DNA of 64,000 bases, taken from the human T2T-CHM13v2.0 reference genome, Homo sapiens. Position numbers and translations under genes: made by a program. Under the pieces are notes generated by a model, which was not told the origin of the DNA, searched no databases, and saw nothing but the letters and a program-made list of their open reading frames with translations. Below are positions 13,770 to 27,129 of this stretch, one piece after another. Within the stretch, counting starts at the first letter, position 1, and every line of letters starts with the position of its first letter. The stretch lies in the NCBI RefSeq assembly GCF_009914755.1, contig NC_060925.1. One strand, written 5' to 3'.

Positions 13770-14372
13770 TGATAATTGCTTACATTTGTATTCTTTAAAA
13801 TTAGCAAAAACACCAGTTTATATAATCTCACTTAAACATGACAACAAATCTCTGAGATAGGTATTACTGTCAATTTACATTTAAGGAAACAGATTCAGAA
13901 AGGTTAAGACACTTGCCAGAGGTCACACACTTTTGGTCATACCAAAATCATAAAAATGATTTAAATGTATTCATTTACTGGTCCATAAATTTATAGAGTT
14001 TTACAGCTGGAAGACTTCCCTAGTCAATCCCTTTTATTGGAACCATGAAAAACTGAGGCCCAGAGACTTAAACAATTTCTCAAATTTGCACCACTTATTA
14101 GTGGCAGACTCACAGCTGGTAAAAAAAAAAATGCTTTATGGCTCTTAATTCTAATTTTCTAGGTTCATAAATCTAGGCTCTTACACTCACTGACTGTAAT
14201 GATTTTAAAAAAATTGCTTAACCTCTCTGTGTCTGTTTCCTATAGTGATAAATGGGGCTAATAATAGTACCTACCTAACAGGCTTGTTATAATGATTTAA
14301 ATGAGATAATCCATGGGAAACTCTTACAAGAGTGTCTGATCATTGTGAGTGCTTTAAAAATGTTAGCTATTA
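13770..14372. mobile_element. Cluster of MIR fragments (two minus, one plus)
   Basis: aggaaacagattcagaaaggttaag, aaactgaggcccagag and ttaacctctctgtgtctgtttcc cores. Confidence 0.7.
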
Positions 14373-15054
14373 ATCTTCATCATTTTACTCGGGTTGGTTC
14401 TGCCTCCTCCATGAATCAAGAGCATTAAAGAGGTGCTAGTATAGTGATAGCAGTCACATTCAAGGGAAAGAAATCTTTTGACTCATAGGCCTGACATTTA
14501 TATTCATTACATTTTTTTGTTTCACAAATGTTTGCTAATAAAATGATTAAAAGAAACTGAGTAAATCTCCTAAAATAAAAATAATAGCCTTGAATCCCAA
14601 CTCTACCGACAAACTGTTCTGTAATATTAAAAAGGGCTGGTTCATGCCTTTGGGTTTAGAAATTGATGATGTCATTCTTAATGGAATTGGTGAGAGATTG
14701 AAGAGTGTTCATTATTTAATGACTGTAATGGGCTCTGAAAGCCTTCTGCAATTCATGTGACTTACAATGCCAAGCCATCAAAATCAAAATCAAAAGGAAA
14801 AATAAAATTACCCTGGAAGTCATTATTTCCATGAGTCAGAGAAAAACTAACTTCTACATAATTTACCTCACACATAGTTTCCAAATCATATCCACCAATT
14901 TGAGTTTGTAACATATTTTTACCCAAATTACCTAGATTCACCTCAATTCAGTACTCTATCTCGGTGAAATGAACCAGAATCAGATCTAAGGTGGGACAAG
15001 TTACTTTCTTCAGGGGCTCCATAAAAGTCACAGTTTGGCCAAACCCATCTATAG

Positions 15055-15240
15055 CAGTGTTTCTCAACTTTTTTTTTTCATCATCATTCCCTTAAAGATC
15101 TTTTTTTGATTTTTTTCCTAATGCCCTTCCATGCAAATTTAATACCACAGATATACCTTGTACCAGATTACTTATTTTATATATACATATATATATATGC
15201 TTTATACATAAAAAGTAAGAGTCATATTTTGCCCAGCCAT
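15055..15240. mobile_element. hAT MITE fragment (MER105-like, subfamily uncertain)
   Basis: cagtgtttctcaac terminus and aaattttaataccacagatatac internal motif. Confidence 0.55.
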
Positions 15241-16060
15241 GAACCTAAAGGAAGTTTTTATATCTGAGGATTTGCTCCCTATGGACATTTCAAAATAAAT
15301 GACTAAGTAGAATAGTAGAGATCTAGGTAATTAAGCTTTGCTCTATGTTTTGGAAGATGATTTTTCTCTTTCTAAAGTTAAAACAAAAGATTTTAATTTA
15401 GACAAAATCATTTTAAATTCAAAGCTATGGATTTTCTTTTTGGAGTTAATGTAATCCCAAACAATGATAATTGGGCTTTGTGTCATTTTGTGAAAATGCT
15501 TTTGCACATTTTATGTGTCCTCCAGTGTCACAGAGTAGCATTTTATTCATTTTGATGATATAATCTTTTATTTAGACAATGCTTGTACACAGAAAAAATG
15601 TTACACTATGAGAAGATTAGAGACAGCCAAGCATAATTCCAAATAGACCACTCAGTCCCTCCACTCAGTCCCTAAAACAGACTTTCATTCATAGCCAAAA
15701 GAAGCCCACGTCATCCATTACTTTATTGTCTTTAAGGAGCTTAAGGACCACCCATGTAAGCTTCCCTTTCATATCCCATACATGTCTTGACATCTTTGTG
15801 GAGGTCATCATCTTTCATCAGCCCACCTGATGTCCCCACATGGGGGAGGCCTCATTATGCAGCAGCCCTGCCATTTTAAAATTATGAATTATGTACAAAT
15901 TACATAGATTTCACAAGTCTTCCAGTGCTATGAAATTAGGGATAACAAACCTTTTTCTGGGAGGTGTTTTGCTTCTAGAGACCAAATTATTAAGCAAACT
16001 TAATCAAATCTTTGGCAGTTTTTGTGCATCATTTTCCTCTTCTTCTGAAATAGAAACAAT

Positions 16061-17812
16061 AGAAGTCCTAGATGGAGCAATCAGGCAAGACAAAGAAATA
16101 AAAGCACCCGAATTGCAAAAGAGGAAATCAAACTATCACTGTATGCCAGTGATGTGATCATATACCTAGAAAAGCCTAAACACTCCTCCAAAAGACTCCT
16201 AGATTTGATAAATGAATTCAGTAAAGTCTCAGGTTACAAAATCAATGTACACAAATCAGCAGCACTGCTACACACCAACGACAACCGAGCTGAGAATCAA
16301 ATCAAGAACTCAATCCCTTTTGCAACAGCTGCAAAAACAAACAAAAAAATACCTAGCAATATACTTAACCAAGGAGGTGAAAGATTTCTACAAGGAGAAC
16401 TACAAAACACTGCTGAAACAAATCATAGATGACACAAACAAATGAAAATGCATCCCATGCTCATAGATTGGCAGAATCAATAAATGTCATGAAAATGACC
16501 ACACTGCCCAAAGCTATTTACAGATTCAATGTAATTCCTATCAAAATACCAACATCATTGTTCACAGAATTAGACAAAAAGTCCTAAAATTTGTATAAAA
16601 CCAAAAAGGAGCCCAAATAGCCAAAGTAATTCTAAACAAAAAGAACAAATCTGGAGGCATCACATTACCTGACTTCAAATTATACTGCAAGGCTATGGTT
16701 ACCAAAATAGCATGGTACTAGTACCAAAGTAAATACACAGACCAATGGAACAGAATAGAGAACCCAGAAATAAAGCCAAATACTTATAACCAACTGATCT
16801 TTGACAAAGCACACAAAAACATAAACTGGGGAAAGATACCCTATTCAATAAATGGTGCTGGGAAAACTGGATAGCCACATGTAGAAGAATGAAACTGGAT
16901 CCTTATCTCTCACCATATACAAAAAACAACTCAAGATAGATTAAAGGCTTACATCTAAGACCTGAAATCATAGAAATTGTAGAAGAGAACCCGAGGAAAA
17001 ACTCTGCTGGACATTGGCCTAGTCAAAGAATTTATGACTAAGACCCCAAAAGCAAATGCAACAAAAACAAGAATAAATAAATAGGACCTAATTAAACAAA
17101 AAGCTTCTGCACGGCAAAAGAAATAATCATCAGAGTAAACAGACAACCCACAGAATGATAGAAAATATTTGCCAACTATGCATCTGACAAAAGCTAATAT
17201 CCAGAATCTACAAGGAACTCAAACAACTCAGAGAGAAAAAAAAACAACAAATAATTCCATCAAAGAGTAGGCAAGTGACATGAATAGGCATTTATCTAAA
17301 GAAGATATATAAATAGCTAACAAACATATGAAAAAAATGCTCGACATCACTAATCATCAGGGAAATGCAAATTAAAACCACAATGAGATACCACCTTACC
17401 CCAGCCAGAATGGTCATTATTAAAAAGTCAAAAAACAATAGATGTTGGCATGGATAGGGTAAAAAGGGAATGCTTATACATGGCCGGTGGGAATGTAAAT
17501 TAGTACAACCTCTATGGAAAAACAGTATGAACATTTCTTAAAGAACTAAAAGTAGACCTATCATTCAATCCAGCAATCCCACTACTGGGTATCTACCCAA
17601 AGGAAAAGAAGTCATTATATCAGGAAGACACCTGTACACATATGTTTATTGCAGTACAATTCACAATTTCAAAGATATTAAACCAACCTAAGTGCCCATC
17701 AACCCATGAATGGATAAAGAATATGTGAGATATATATACAATGGAATACTACTCAGCCATAAAAAAGAATGACATATACTGTATATTTTCACTTGAAAGT
17801 GGGAGCTAAAAA
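16061..17812 (+). mobile_element. 5'-truncated L1 (L1PB/L1MA-like), 3' part of ORF2, frameshifted
   Basis: ORF fragments MIIYLEKPKHSSKRLLDLINEFSKVSGYKINVHKS and YLTKEVKDFYKENYKTLLK are L1 RT/post-RT sequence. Confidence 0.93.
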
Positions 17813-17989
17813 AATTATTTCAACAAAATAAAAGTTAGAAATTATTGAAAGCTTGCTGAGTGTCATTTACTTTACTAAATTCTTTGCATGCACTGTTTCA
17901 TTTATTCTACAGCCCTATGAGCAGATACTACTATTATCTTTATTTACAAGTTAGAAAATTAAGGCATCAAGAGGATATACAGTACATGT

Positions 17990-18312
17990 CATGGGGGATT
18001 GGTAATGAAGAAATGTTGGTCAAAGTGTAAAAAGTTTCAGTTAGACAGGATGAATAATTTCTGGAGCTATATTAAACAACATGGTGACTACAGTTAATAA
18101 TTTACTATATACTACAAAACTGCTAACAGAGGAGATCTTTTTTTTTGAGAGGAGATCTTAAATGTTCTCACAACACCAAAAAAATGTTAAATATATGAGG
18201 TGATGAATATGTTAATTAGCTTGATTTAATTATTTCATAATGTTTACCTATATCAAAACATCATGTTATACACTAGAAATACATATAATTAAACATTAAT
18301 AAAGTTGGGAAA
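17990..18312 (+). mobile_element. L1MA 3' UTR end inserted into an antisense MIR
   Basis: ttcagttagacaggatgaataa...atggtgactacagttaataat...aataaagttggg; MIR halves at about 17830-17975 and 18340-18400. Confidence 0.8.
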
Positions 18313-18534
18313 CACACACACACACGCATACACACATACAACTAGGGAATATTGAAGCCATGATTTCACCCAATGCTCTTTATCATTACATACTACTGTA
18401 TCTCCATGTTTTTCATTGGGAATTTGACTTCCATCACCAGCCCCAGTTTCAGCCCCGCTGCCAGCCTACTAGTTCTACCCTAGAAGCAAACAGAAGTTAC
18501 TGAACATAACAGAGAGAACTAACTAGATGAAGTT

Positions 18535-18740
18535 ATGTAGCAAGTTGGTTAAGAATTAGACTGCCAACTCCATTTTACTCCTATTTTACCTGGGCCATTT
18601 GTTTAGCCTTCTTGTGTTTGATTTTCTCGTCTGTAAAATGGAAATGATGATAATGACATCTACTTGCACAGCTATTGTAAGGATTAAATGAGATAATCCT
18701 CATAAAACATTTAGTGTCTGCCACTTACATCATTTATTTG
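18535..18740 (+). mobile_element. MIR
   Basis: tttctcgtctgtaaaatggaaatgatgataat...gtaaggattaaatgagataat. Confidence 0.75.
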
Positions 18741-20141
18741 TGTTAACACACAAAGGCTACCTTTTTAAGCTTTGTATTCCTTGTGCCTACTTAATGCTTG
18801 GCTTATGGCAGGTTCTAGATAATTGTTTGATGCATTCATGACAACAAGGTATTCATTATCAAAGAAGTGTTTGATTCATTATCAAAGAAGTGTAATCCCA
18901 CATCACAACCAGGTTTCATAGAAAATGTAGTCAGAGAAATTATTAAGGTCAGATATTGAGTTACCTAAAGGAGAAATAGCAGATACAAGCAAAATAAACA
19001 TGACCACTGGGGCTAAGAGCAAAATCTAGGTCAAAGCTGGTAAAAGCTAAGGGAATAGAAGCAGGGCATTGGAATATGGGTGCATGCACCAGATTATAAA
19101 AGGCGACTTGTCTGCCATTCTTCTTCCCTTCCTACTGTAAACAAACATTTGCTGGCTATTTTCCATGTATCCAGTACTGTACTAGGCTCTGAGAATACAA
19201 GTAATAAGGCCATTGGAATTACTTGATTTGCCTATTTCCTTGTCATGCTTATTTGAATTGCAAAGCAGATTGCTACTAAAGTAGAGAAAGATTTCTCCTG
19301 CCTTAATTTCTACTGAGGCACCAGTATGTTCTATATCATATGCCAAATTGAGTGTGAGACAGATCACCATATACAGAATGTGTCCCTACCAAAAAGTTAG
19401 AGAAATGGTTCCCTACGTCATCTCACTCACTTTGGACATATAAACGGGTTAGAGAGAGAGAAAAAATGAAAATGGAAAATAACTTGAGATTTCTGCAGAA
19501 AGAGCCATGCTCTAAGTTCCTCCCACTTACCCAGAACAGAGGAGTTTCTGGTATTACCTCACTTCTCTCTGCCATAGTGAATGGACTTTCAAAGACACCA
19601 GTTGAAGAACAGGTGTTTCCTGAAGTTGATGGGCATGGAAGACTGCAACCTGGGCTAGCTAAAGTGATCTTTTGGAGGACAAGGGTTATGTGAGTGGTTT
19701 AGGTGGATCAGACCTGGATGCCTTGGTAGAGAAAGCTGGCATGGCATTGAGTTGGGTCCTGTGAGGTAGAGCCCCCTGGAGTAACAAGGAATCCCAGGAT
19801 CAAGAAGCTAGAAGACATTGGATTCCTCCTAGGCACTGTGGAAGGGAGTCATCGTGGCTGTGCAAGATAGAGATGACTCTGACAAGGTCAACAAACCTCA
19901 AGGTCGGGGGTATCCAGAAATGAGAATGCCAAAAGAACTCACAAAATGCCCACTGGAGAGAGTCACCTTAGGAATAAACCCAACCCACAAGAACCAATGC
20001 ATGACCTTTTCTACCCCAATACATTTCCAAACCTCAACAGCATCAGAAACATGCTCAAAAGCTGGGATGAGATGATCCCAGAGAGAATTACAGCAAAGCA
20101 TAGAAAGACAGATGCCAACCATGACACTCTAACCACGTGGA

Positions 20142-20357
20142 GTTTTTCTTCTGCCCTTCCCTGCTCCAAAGGCAAATGGTAAAAAGTGCCCAATTTTTCA
20201 GCCATCCAATATTACCATAAAATTAGAAAATCCTAAATTTTCTGTATTTTTATGAGAATATACATTCACATATTCAAATAATGATTAACAATTTTATGAG
20301 TCATTGTGGTACACAGAGCACTTCCACTATTCATTGCTCTTGCAATGTCCCCCATGA
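20142..20357 (+). repeat. Copy 1 of a ~210-bp local direct duplication
   Basis: Aligns to 21950-22196 at roughly 90% identity. Confidence 0.95.
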
Positions 20358-20433
20358 ATCATATCAGCTAGAAGAAGGCCTGACTTGGGAAAATGAACAC
20401 ATCTGGCATTGAATTAAGTTCAGTTTGTATTAA

Positions 20434-20809
<376 letters not shown>

Positions 20810-20859
20810 AGGTTTGTTTCTTTTTTTTTTTTTTTTCCCAGTCTGTGACTTGTTTTGTT

Positions 20860-20954
20860 TGTTTGTTTTTTACTCTTTTTTTAAACTCTAAGTTCTAGGG
20901 TACATGTGTACAACATGCAAGTTTGTTACCTATGTATACATGTGCCATGTTGGT
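20860..20954 (-). mobile_element. Short L1PA 3'-end fragment
   Basis: aagttctagggtacatgtgtacaacatgcaagtttgttac...tgtgccatgttggt is the antisense L1PA terminus. Confidence 0.88.
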
Positions 20955-21155
20955 TAAAAGAGAAGGTAGGATATGCTAATACTTAAGTGTCAGCAGAAAA
21001 GTTATGGAACCTACCCAAGTTCTGACTCAGCAGCAAGAGATCATTTCTTTCATTGGATGTCTGAAATAGCAATTAAAGGAGATAATAATAAAGTCATGTT
21101 TATTTTACATGCCTTTAGTCATGTTTTTCCAAAAAGGTCTAATCTCACAACTAAT

Positions 21156-21164
21156 CTCTCTCAA

Positions 21165-21202
<38 letters not shown>

Positions 21203-21231
21203 CTATGTGTCTGTCTGTCTCTCTCTTTCTC
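21156..21231. repeat. (TC)n-rich microsatellite
   Basis: Interrupted tc runs. Confidence 0.9.
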
Positions 21232-21949
21232 AAGGGTCTTTGAATTCATCATTAAAAGGAATTTTAAAAAATAATATTATAACATGCCAACATAGGCAAA
21301 TAACATACTCAACACAATTGAATTTGCATCCTCTATTAGGCAGTGTTCTGTTGCAGAGAACAGAACTCGCACACAAAGCACGTAGCCCAAATAGCATCTT
21401 GCACATACTAAGTGCTCCGTGAATAAAAGCTACTATTACTTTAAACACTACCTCTTGTGCATTGCTGAGGGATAAGCCATTCCTTATTTTTTCTCTTTAT
21501 ATGCTGTTCTGCCTGCTACTTACAAAGAAATATATTATGCTTTCTCTTTTAACTCATACCTTTTATTTGCACATACCAAGACTCTTTCTAATCATTAGAA
21601 ATAATAAATTACTCTTGTGCATTCCAAACCCTGAAGAAAGTTAAATATTTACAAAGTTCTGCATGGTAAATAAAGAACAATTCATGGAGATCGGCCCTAT
21701 AAGAATGATTCTTTATACACTTTTGGAAAGCTCCATCAGAAATTTTGGCCTCAACATTACAGGAATAATTCATCTTACCTTTAATGTTATCACTGCTTTT
21801 AACTTCCTCGTGGACCCATGCAAGAATGAAATGCAGCAAAATTAACAGGAGCTACTAGTCAAACTCGTATTCTTCCATAGTCTAAATTTTTGTTGCTGTC
21901 AATTGCAATCGCTTGAGTGACAAACTAGGGTGAAGCAAAATTTCTTCCC

Positions 21950-22196
21950 GTTTTTCTTCTACCCTTCCCTGCTCCAAAGCCAAATGGTAAAAACTGCCCG
22001 ATTTTTCAGCCATTCAATATTACCATAAAATTAGAAAATCCTACATTTTCTGCATTTTTATGAGAACATACATTCACAGATTCAAATATTCAAATAATGA
22101 TTAACTATTTTATGAATCTTTATGGTATACAGAGCACTTCCACTATTCATTACTCTTGCGATGAAGAGTACTTGCAATAAAGTCTAGCCCCCATGA
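21950..22196 (+). repeat. Copy 2 of a ~210-bp local direct duplication
   Basis: Aligns to 20142-20357; carries an extra attcaaat and a short inverted insert. Confidence 0.95.
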
Positions 22197-24307
22197 GCCA
22201 GATTTTATTATTTCAAATTTAAGATTAAGATTAAAATTAAAATATTTAAGATTAAAATTAATCTTAACTTTAAGATTAAGAAACCAAAGTGTAAGATCAA
22301 GAAAGTAATAAATGCTGGAATTATTATATAACTCAACTATTAGACCTCTGAACCGAAATTCCTTGTTCATTTCAGTATTTCATGCTTTTTAAGTGTCTTC
22401 AAAGAAAAAAAGAAAATGCTTTCTGCTTTTCCTGAAAATTAGTCATCTATAAAGAAGTGGAGTGATCTAGCAGTTAGGACACATGAGGAGGACAGAGGGA
22501 ACTCTGATTCTTCTTTTATACTTATTGAATGACCAGGAAATACAGCAAATACTCTCTGGGCCTTCAGACCTCCTCTTGTGAATAGACATTTTCACTGCCT
22601 TCTGGGGAAGCTAATGAGACTGGGAAGGGAGAAGATAAGGGTGAGGAGGTGTAACCGATCTTGCAAAAAAAGTAGAACGGATTTCAGCCTTTCCAACTGT
22701 GCAGCTTAGCATAGATCTTGGCAGGTGGTATGAACAAATTAAGGCAGGCTACAGAGAGATGATTAGGAAGATCTCAGCAGAACACCCAAAAGCATCTCTT
22801 GATAGCTGCAAATCCATCATTAGGCAGGGCTAAGGAAGCTTCATAGACTGATTCTATTAGTCAAAAACTCTGGTGAAACTCCCATTGTGGGCTGACTCAG
22901 TATACATGCAGTGTGGGCTGATCTGAAAGGATAAGGGATCTAAAGAAATAGAGAAAATGTTCATGAAGCACTTTGAACTCTTAAAACATAAACACTGCTA
23001 ACTATGAAGTGCCATCAGCAATGACTGTTTGTGGTGCTAGAAGGGTGATGTTAATCGTGCATTACAAGTAAACTTGTTTTCTTACACCTACAAGAATAGT
23101 GGCTGATAAACCTGACTTACCAGATAGACATAGTTCTTAATCTCACTCTCACAAAGGAAAAGGTTTTATCATAACAGCATTGTTTGTTCTCTTTCTATGC
23201 CATACCTTAAAATTGCTCACCTTCATCATTGCTTTGTGAGCTACATTCTTCCTTTTTCTAAAGGCCTACAGTGAAGAGTTCTACCTCCAAATATCATCTT
23301 GCCTTCTTCCCCTATTAGCTACCTCCTCACCCTTCTCTTACCTAACAATCCCTTCCGTTTACATTCACATTATTACACAGATATGTCCAAATTTAAGAAA
23401 GTTTAAGAAATAGAAAAAAATTTGAACTTATAAATATAGTAATCATGAGACATGTTTCTCAAATATTCCTTTGTTTTACAAAATATTAGCATAATCTTGT
23501 AAATATTCTCCAAAGTACACTTTAAAATGTTTAACATATCTTTAAGTGTATTACCAAGAACCATTCCAATTGCATAAAATGAGGTGCCCTTATATTATCT
23601 TCCTTTAGAGAGTCATTGGAAAGCAAAAACAAAACAAAACAAAACAAAACAAACAAAAAAAGAATAGGATCAGATGTAATCCTCAATATTGTGTTACCAT
23701 GTTCTTATACTGTGTTGGCCTCAGCAACACTATGAAATGGGTACTACTAGGTCAGCCAATAGATTTAGCAAAACTTACAGCTTAGTTTTAATTGGACTTC
23801 ACTACAAAGATCATTTCAGGCCCTGATTGCTTTTTGGCATGGACAATTTTGTATTTCCTCAACATACTAATGAGTCTTGGGATTTATAAAACGGGGGATT
23901 GGGCCATTTTAATACTCCACAGTCTACAAAAGACCACTCAACTCTAACCCATCCTTCAAAATCACAAGTAAATCGTTGTGAAAAATATACTGGAGAAAAG
24001 TTTTGAACAGTTATTTCCTAACTATTTGCAAGGTATAATGTCTTGCACACAGAATTCTTTCAATATAGAAACCAAAAGCCAATTTTACATTTGTCAAAAT
24101 CCCCTCAGCATGGTTGTTCTCTTAAGCCCCTCCAAGACATGAAGAAAACCAACATTTTAGAATGGTCTAAAATTCCATCCCATGAACACCACAGGAAGCT
24201 CTGTTGCAGAAAGAAAATCATGCTGACAAATACATACAAGCTAATTTCTCAATTAGGTTAGCAAAAGAAAAATATATTATCCTCCATAAAAAAAAATCTG
24301 TGCTTCT

Positions 24308-24760
24308 GTTCATAACAGCAAAGACATGAAATCAACCCAAATGCCTATCAGTGATAGACTGGATAAAGAAACGGTGGTACATATATACCATGGAATACTA
24401 TGCAGCCATAAAAAAGGAATGAGATTATATCCTTTGCAGAGACATGGATGGAGCTGGAAGCTATTATCCTCAGCGAACTAATGCAGGAACAGAAAACCAA
24501 GCACCGCACGTTCTCACTTGTAAGTGGGAGCTGGGCGATGAGAACACACAGACACATGGTGGGGAACAACACACACGGGGGCCTGTCAGAGTGGAGTGGG
24601 GAGAGGGAGGGCAGCAGGAAGAATAGCTAATGCATACTGGCGCTTAACACCTAGATGGGTTGATGTGTGCAGCAAACCACCATAGCACATGTTTACCTAT
24701 GTAAGAAACCTGCACATCCTGTGCATGTACTCCTGAACTTGAAGTAAAAGTTGAAGTAAA
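24308..24760 (+). mobile_element. Older L1PA 3' end (ORF2 terminus plus 3' UTR)
   Basis: MELEAIILSELMQEQKTKHRTFSLVSGS-like translation and 3' UTR aacctgcacatcctgtgcatgtac. Confidence 0.9.
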
Positions 24761-24763
24761 ATA

Positions 24764-25043
24764 TTTGACGGAGTCTTGCTCTGTCACCCAGGCTGGAGTT
24801 ACAGTGGCCTGATCTTGGTTCACTGCAACCTCTGCCTCCCGAGTTCAAGCAATTCTCCAGCCTCAGCCTCCCCCATAGCTGGGATTACAGGCCACCACGC
24901 CCGGCTAATTTTTGTATTTTCAGTAGATATGGGATTTCGCCATGTTGCTCAGGCTGGTCTCAACTCCCGAGCTCAAAGTGATCCACCCACCTCTGCCTTC
25001 CAAAGCGCTGGGATTACTTCAGTGTTAGCCACTGCACCCAGCC
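24764..25043 (-). mobile_element. Alu (S/J-like) lacking its poly(A) tail
   Basis: Antisense Alu body starts tttgacggagtcttgctc directly against the L1 end. Confidence 0.9.
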
Positions 25044-25746
25044 GATTTTTAAATTATCTTATCAGGTACTTCATCAAATTAAAATTCATTGAATTGTATT
25101 CAATTTCTCTACTGAAAAATTAATATGAAAGCAATCATATAGCATTCAGAATTAAATAAATATTTAGAGAATTTTAAAGAAAAATCTATGCTTAACGTGG
25201 AGCCAACTTTATACTCTCACTTTTCTTTCCCTAGAAGATTTTAAAACTAACAATCAAGGTGCTTCAAATTAATTAATGAGTGTCGGGCCAAGGTGAGGTC
25301 ACTGCTGGGGAGGAGATAGCCTTAGTGGCCTTAGCATCAGGAGACAGTTACAAAACAATCCCATGCCTTCTTCCAGATTCCAGAACTAACCAACTTGTGG
25401 GAAAATAAAGAGAGAAATGTAAGAGAAGAGTCCCTCCTAACCCACTAAAAAGCTATAAAATTTTGTGTATTCTCACAGAGCTGTGGCTACATCCACATCA
25501 CATATATAGTCGGTTTCCTTAAGATAAAAGAAGAGAAGTTACAGATCAAGACATGTTTCTTCACTTCTATCTAGCTCTGACCCAGTATATAGATATCATA
25601 AATTATTATTTTTTTTATTTTTAGGTTCTGGACTCCCCCACTAAGATTATCAAATATCAAGCAACACTCAGTCTCCTTCAGATAATCCTGAAAAAGCTTG
25701 CTAGCGAGACATCACTCAACCTATGTTTTGATCTTTAGAAATCTAT

Positions 25747-26792
25747 ACCATCAGAGTGAACAGGCAATCTATAGAATGGGAGAAAATTTTTACAACCTAC
25801 TCATCTGACAAAGGGCTAATATCCAGAATCTACAAAGAACTCAAACAAATTTACAAGAAAAAAACAAACAACCCCATCAAAAAGTGGGTGAAGGATATGA
25901 ACAGACACTTCTCAAAAGAAGACATTTACTCAGCCAAAAAACACATGAAAAAATGCTCATCATCACTAGCCATCAGAGAAACGCAAATCAAAACCACAAT
26001 GAGATACCATCTCACACCGGTTAGAATGGCAATCATTAAAAAGTCAGGAAACAACAGGTGCTGGAGAGGATGTGGAGAAATAGGAACACTTTTACACTGT
26101 TGGTGGGACTGTAAACAAGTCCAACCATTGTGGAAGTCAGTGTGGCGATTCCTCAGGGATCTAGAACTAGAAATACCATTTGACCCAGCCATCCCATTAC
26201 TGGGTATACACCCAAAGGATTATAAATCATGCTGCTATAAAGACACATGCACACGTATGTTTATTGCAGCACTATTCACAATAGCAAAGACTTGGAACCA
26301 ACCTAAATGTCCAACAATGATAGACTGGATTAAGAAAATGTGGCATACATACACCATGGAATACTATGCAGCCATAAAAAATGATGAGTTCATGTCCTTT
26401 GTAGGGACATGGATGAAACTGGAAACCATCATTCTCAGCAAACTATTGCAAGGACAAAAAACCAAACACCGCGTGTTCTCACTCATAGGTGGGAATTGAA
26501 CAATGAGAACACATGGACACAGAAAGGGGAACATCACACTCCGGGGACTGTTGTGGGGTGTGGGGAGGGGGGAGGGATAGCATTAGGAGATTAGGAGATA
26601 TACCTAATGCTAAATGATGAGTTAGTGGGTGCAACACACCAACATGGCACATGTATACATATGTAACAAACCTGCACGTTGTGCACATGTACCCTAAAAC
26701 TTAAAGTATAATAATAATAAAATAAAATAATAAATAAATAAATAAAATCCAGAATTTCTGGGGTTTTCTCAAAAAAAAAAAGAAAAAAGAAA
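25747..26792 (+). mobile_element. 5'-truncated L1PA (~1 kb) with 3' transduction
   Basis: TSD agaaatctat at 25737-25746 and 26793-26802; two A tails separated by 23 unique nt. Confidence 0.95.
25756..26499 (+). pseudogene. L1 ORF2p C-terminal 247 aa (open frame including the CCHC motif), non-functional fragment
   Basis: [18 protein letters not shown] and terminal FSLIGGN; no endonuclease/RT domain or promoter. Confidence 0.93.
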
Positions 26793-27129
26793 AGAAATCT
26801 ATCCAGCAATTTTGAAAGCCTTTTTGACTACAGGAACAAACTAGTTCTGGTAAAATACACCACATTTTGGGTTAGGATTCCAAAGATTGAGCCTTAGGAA
26901 TAAAGATAAACCAGAAGTGGTTCAATCTTTGCAGAGGCTAAAGTATGGCTTCATATTGTATCAATTTCTATAATTAGAATGAGATAATCTGGGATTACTG
27001 GTATCCCTAGCCAAAAGAAAACATACAATTAATAAGGTCTAGGATGACACTATCTGGTGCTTCAAATTAATTTTATAGTTTTTCATATACATTGTTTAGC
27101 ACAATCAAGAATAACCCAACAATGTATTT

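Noticed and set aside
14600-14830. Possible conserved non-coding element (TAAT and ATCAAA motifs)
   Set aside because: Conservation cannot be assessed from one sequence and these motifs are common in AT-rich DNA.
19380-20140. Cluster of short ORFs suggesting a processed pseudogene
   Set aside because: No recognisable protein, poly(A) or TSD; may be an old LTR, left unassigned.
20973-21422. 149-aa ORF
   Set aside because: Held open partly by a (TC)n microsatellite (SLSLSL run).
22205-22300. (taagattaa)-type AT-rich quasi-palindrome
   Set aside because: Low-complexity slippage product; no evidence of function.
25756-26499. Possible active or domesticated L1 protein
   Set aside because: 5'-truncated fragment with no promoter or catalytic domains; an open frame is expected in a young L1.
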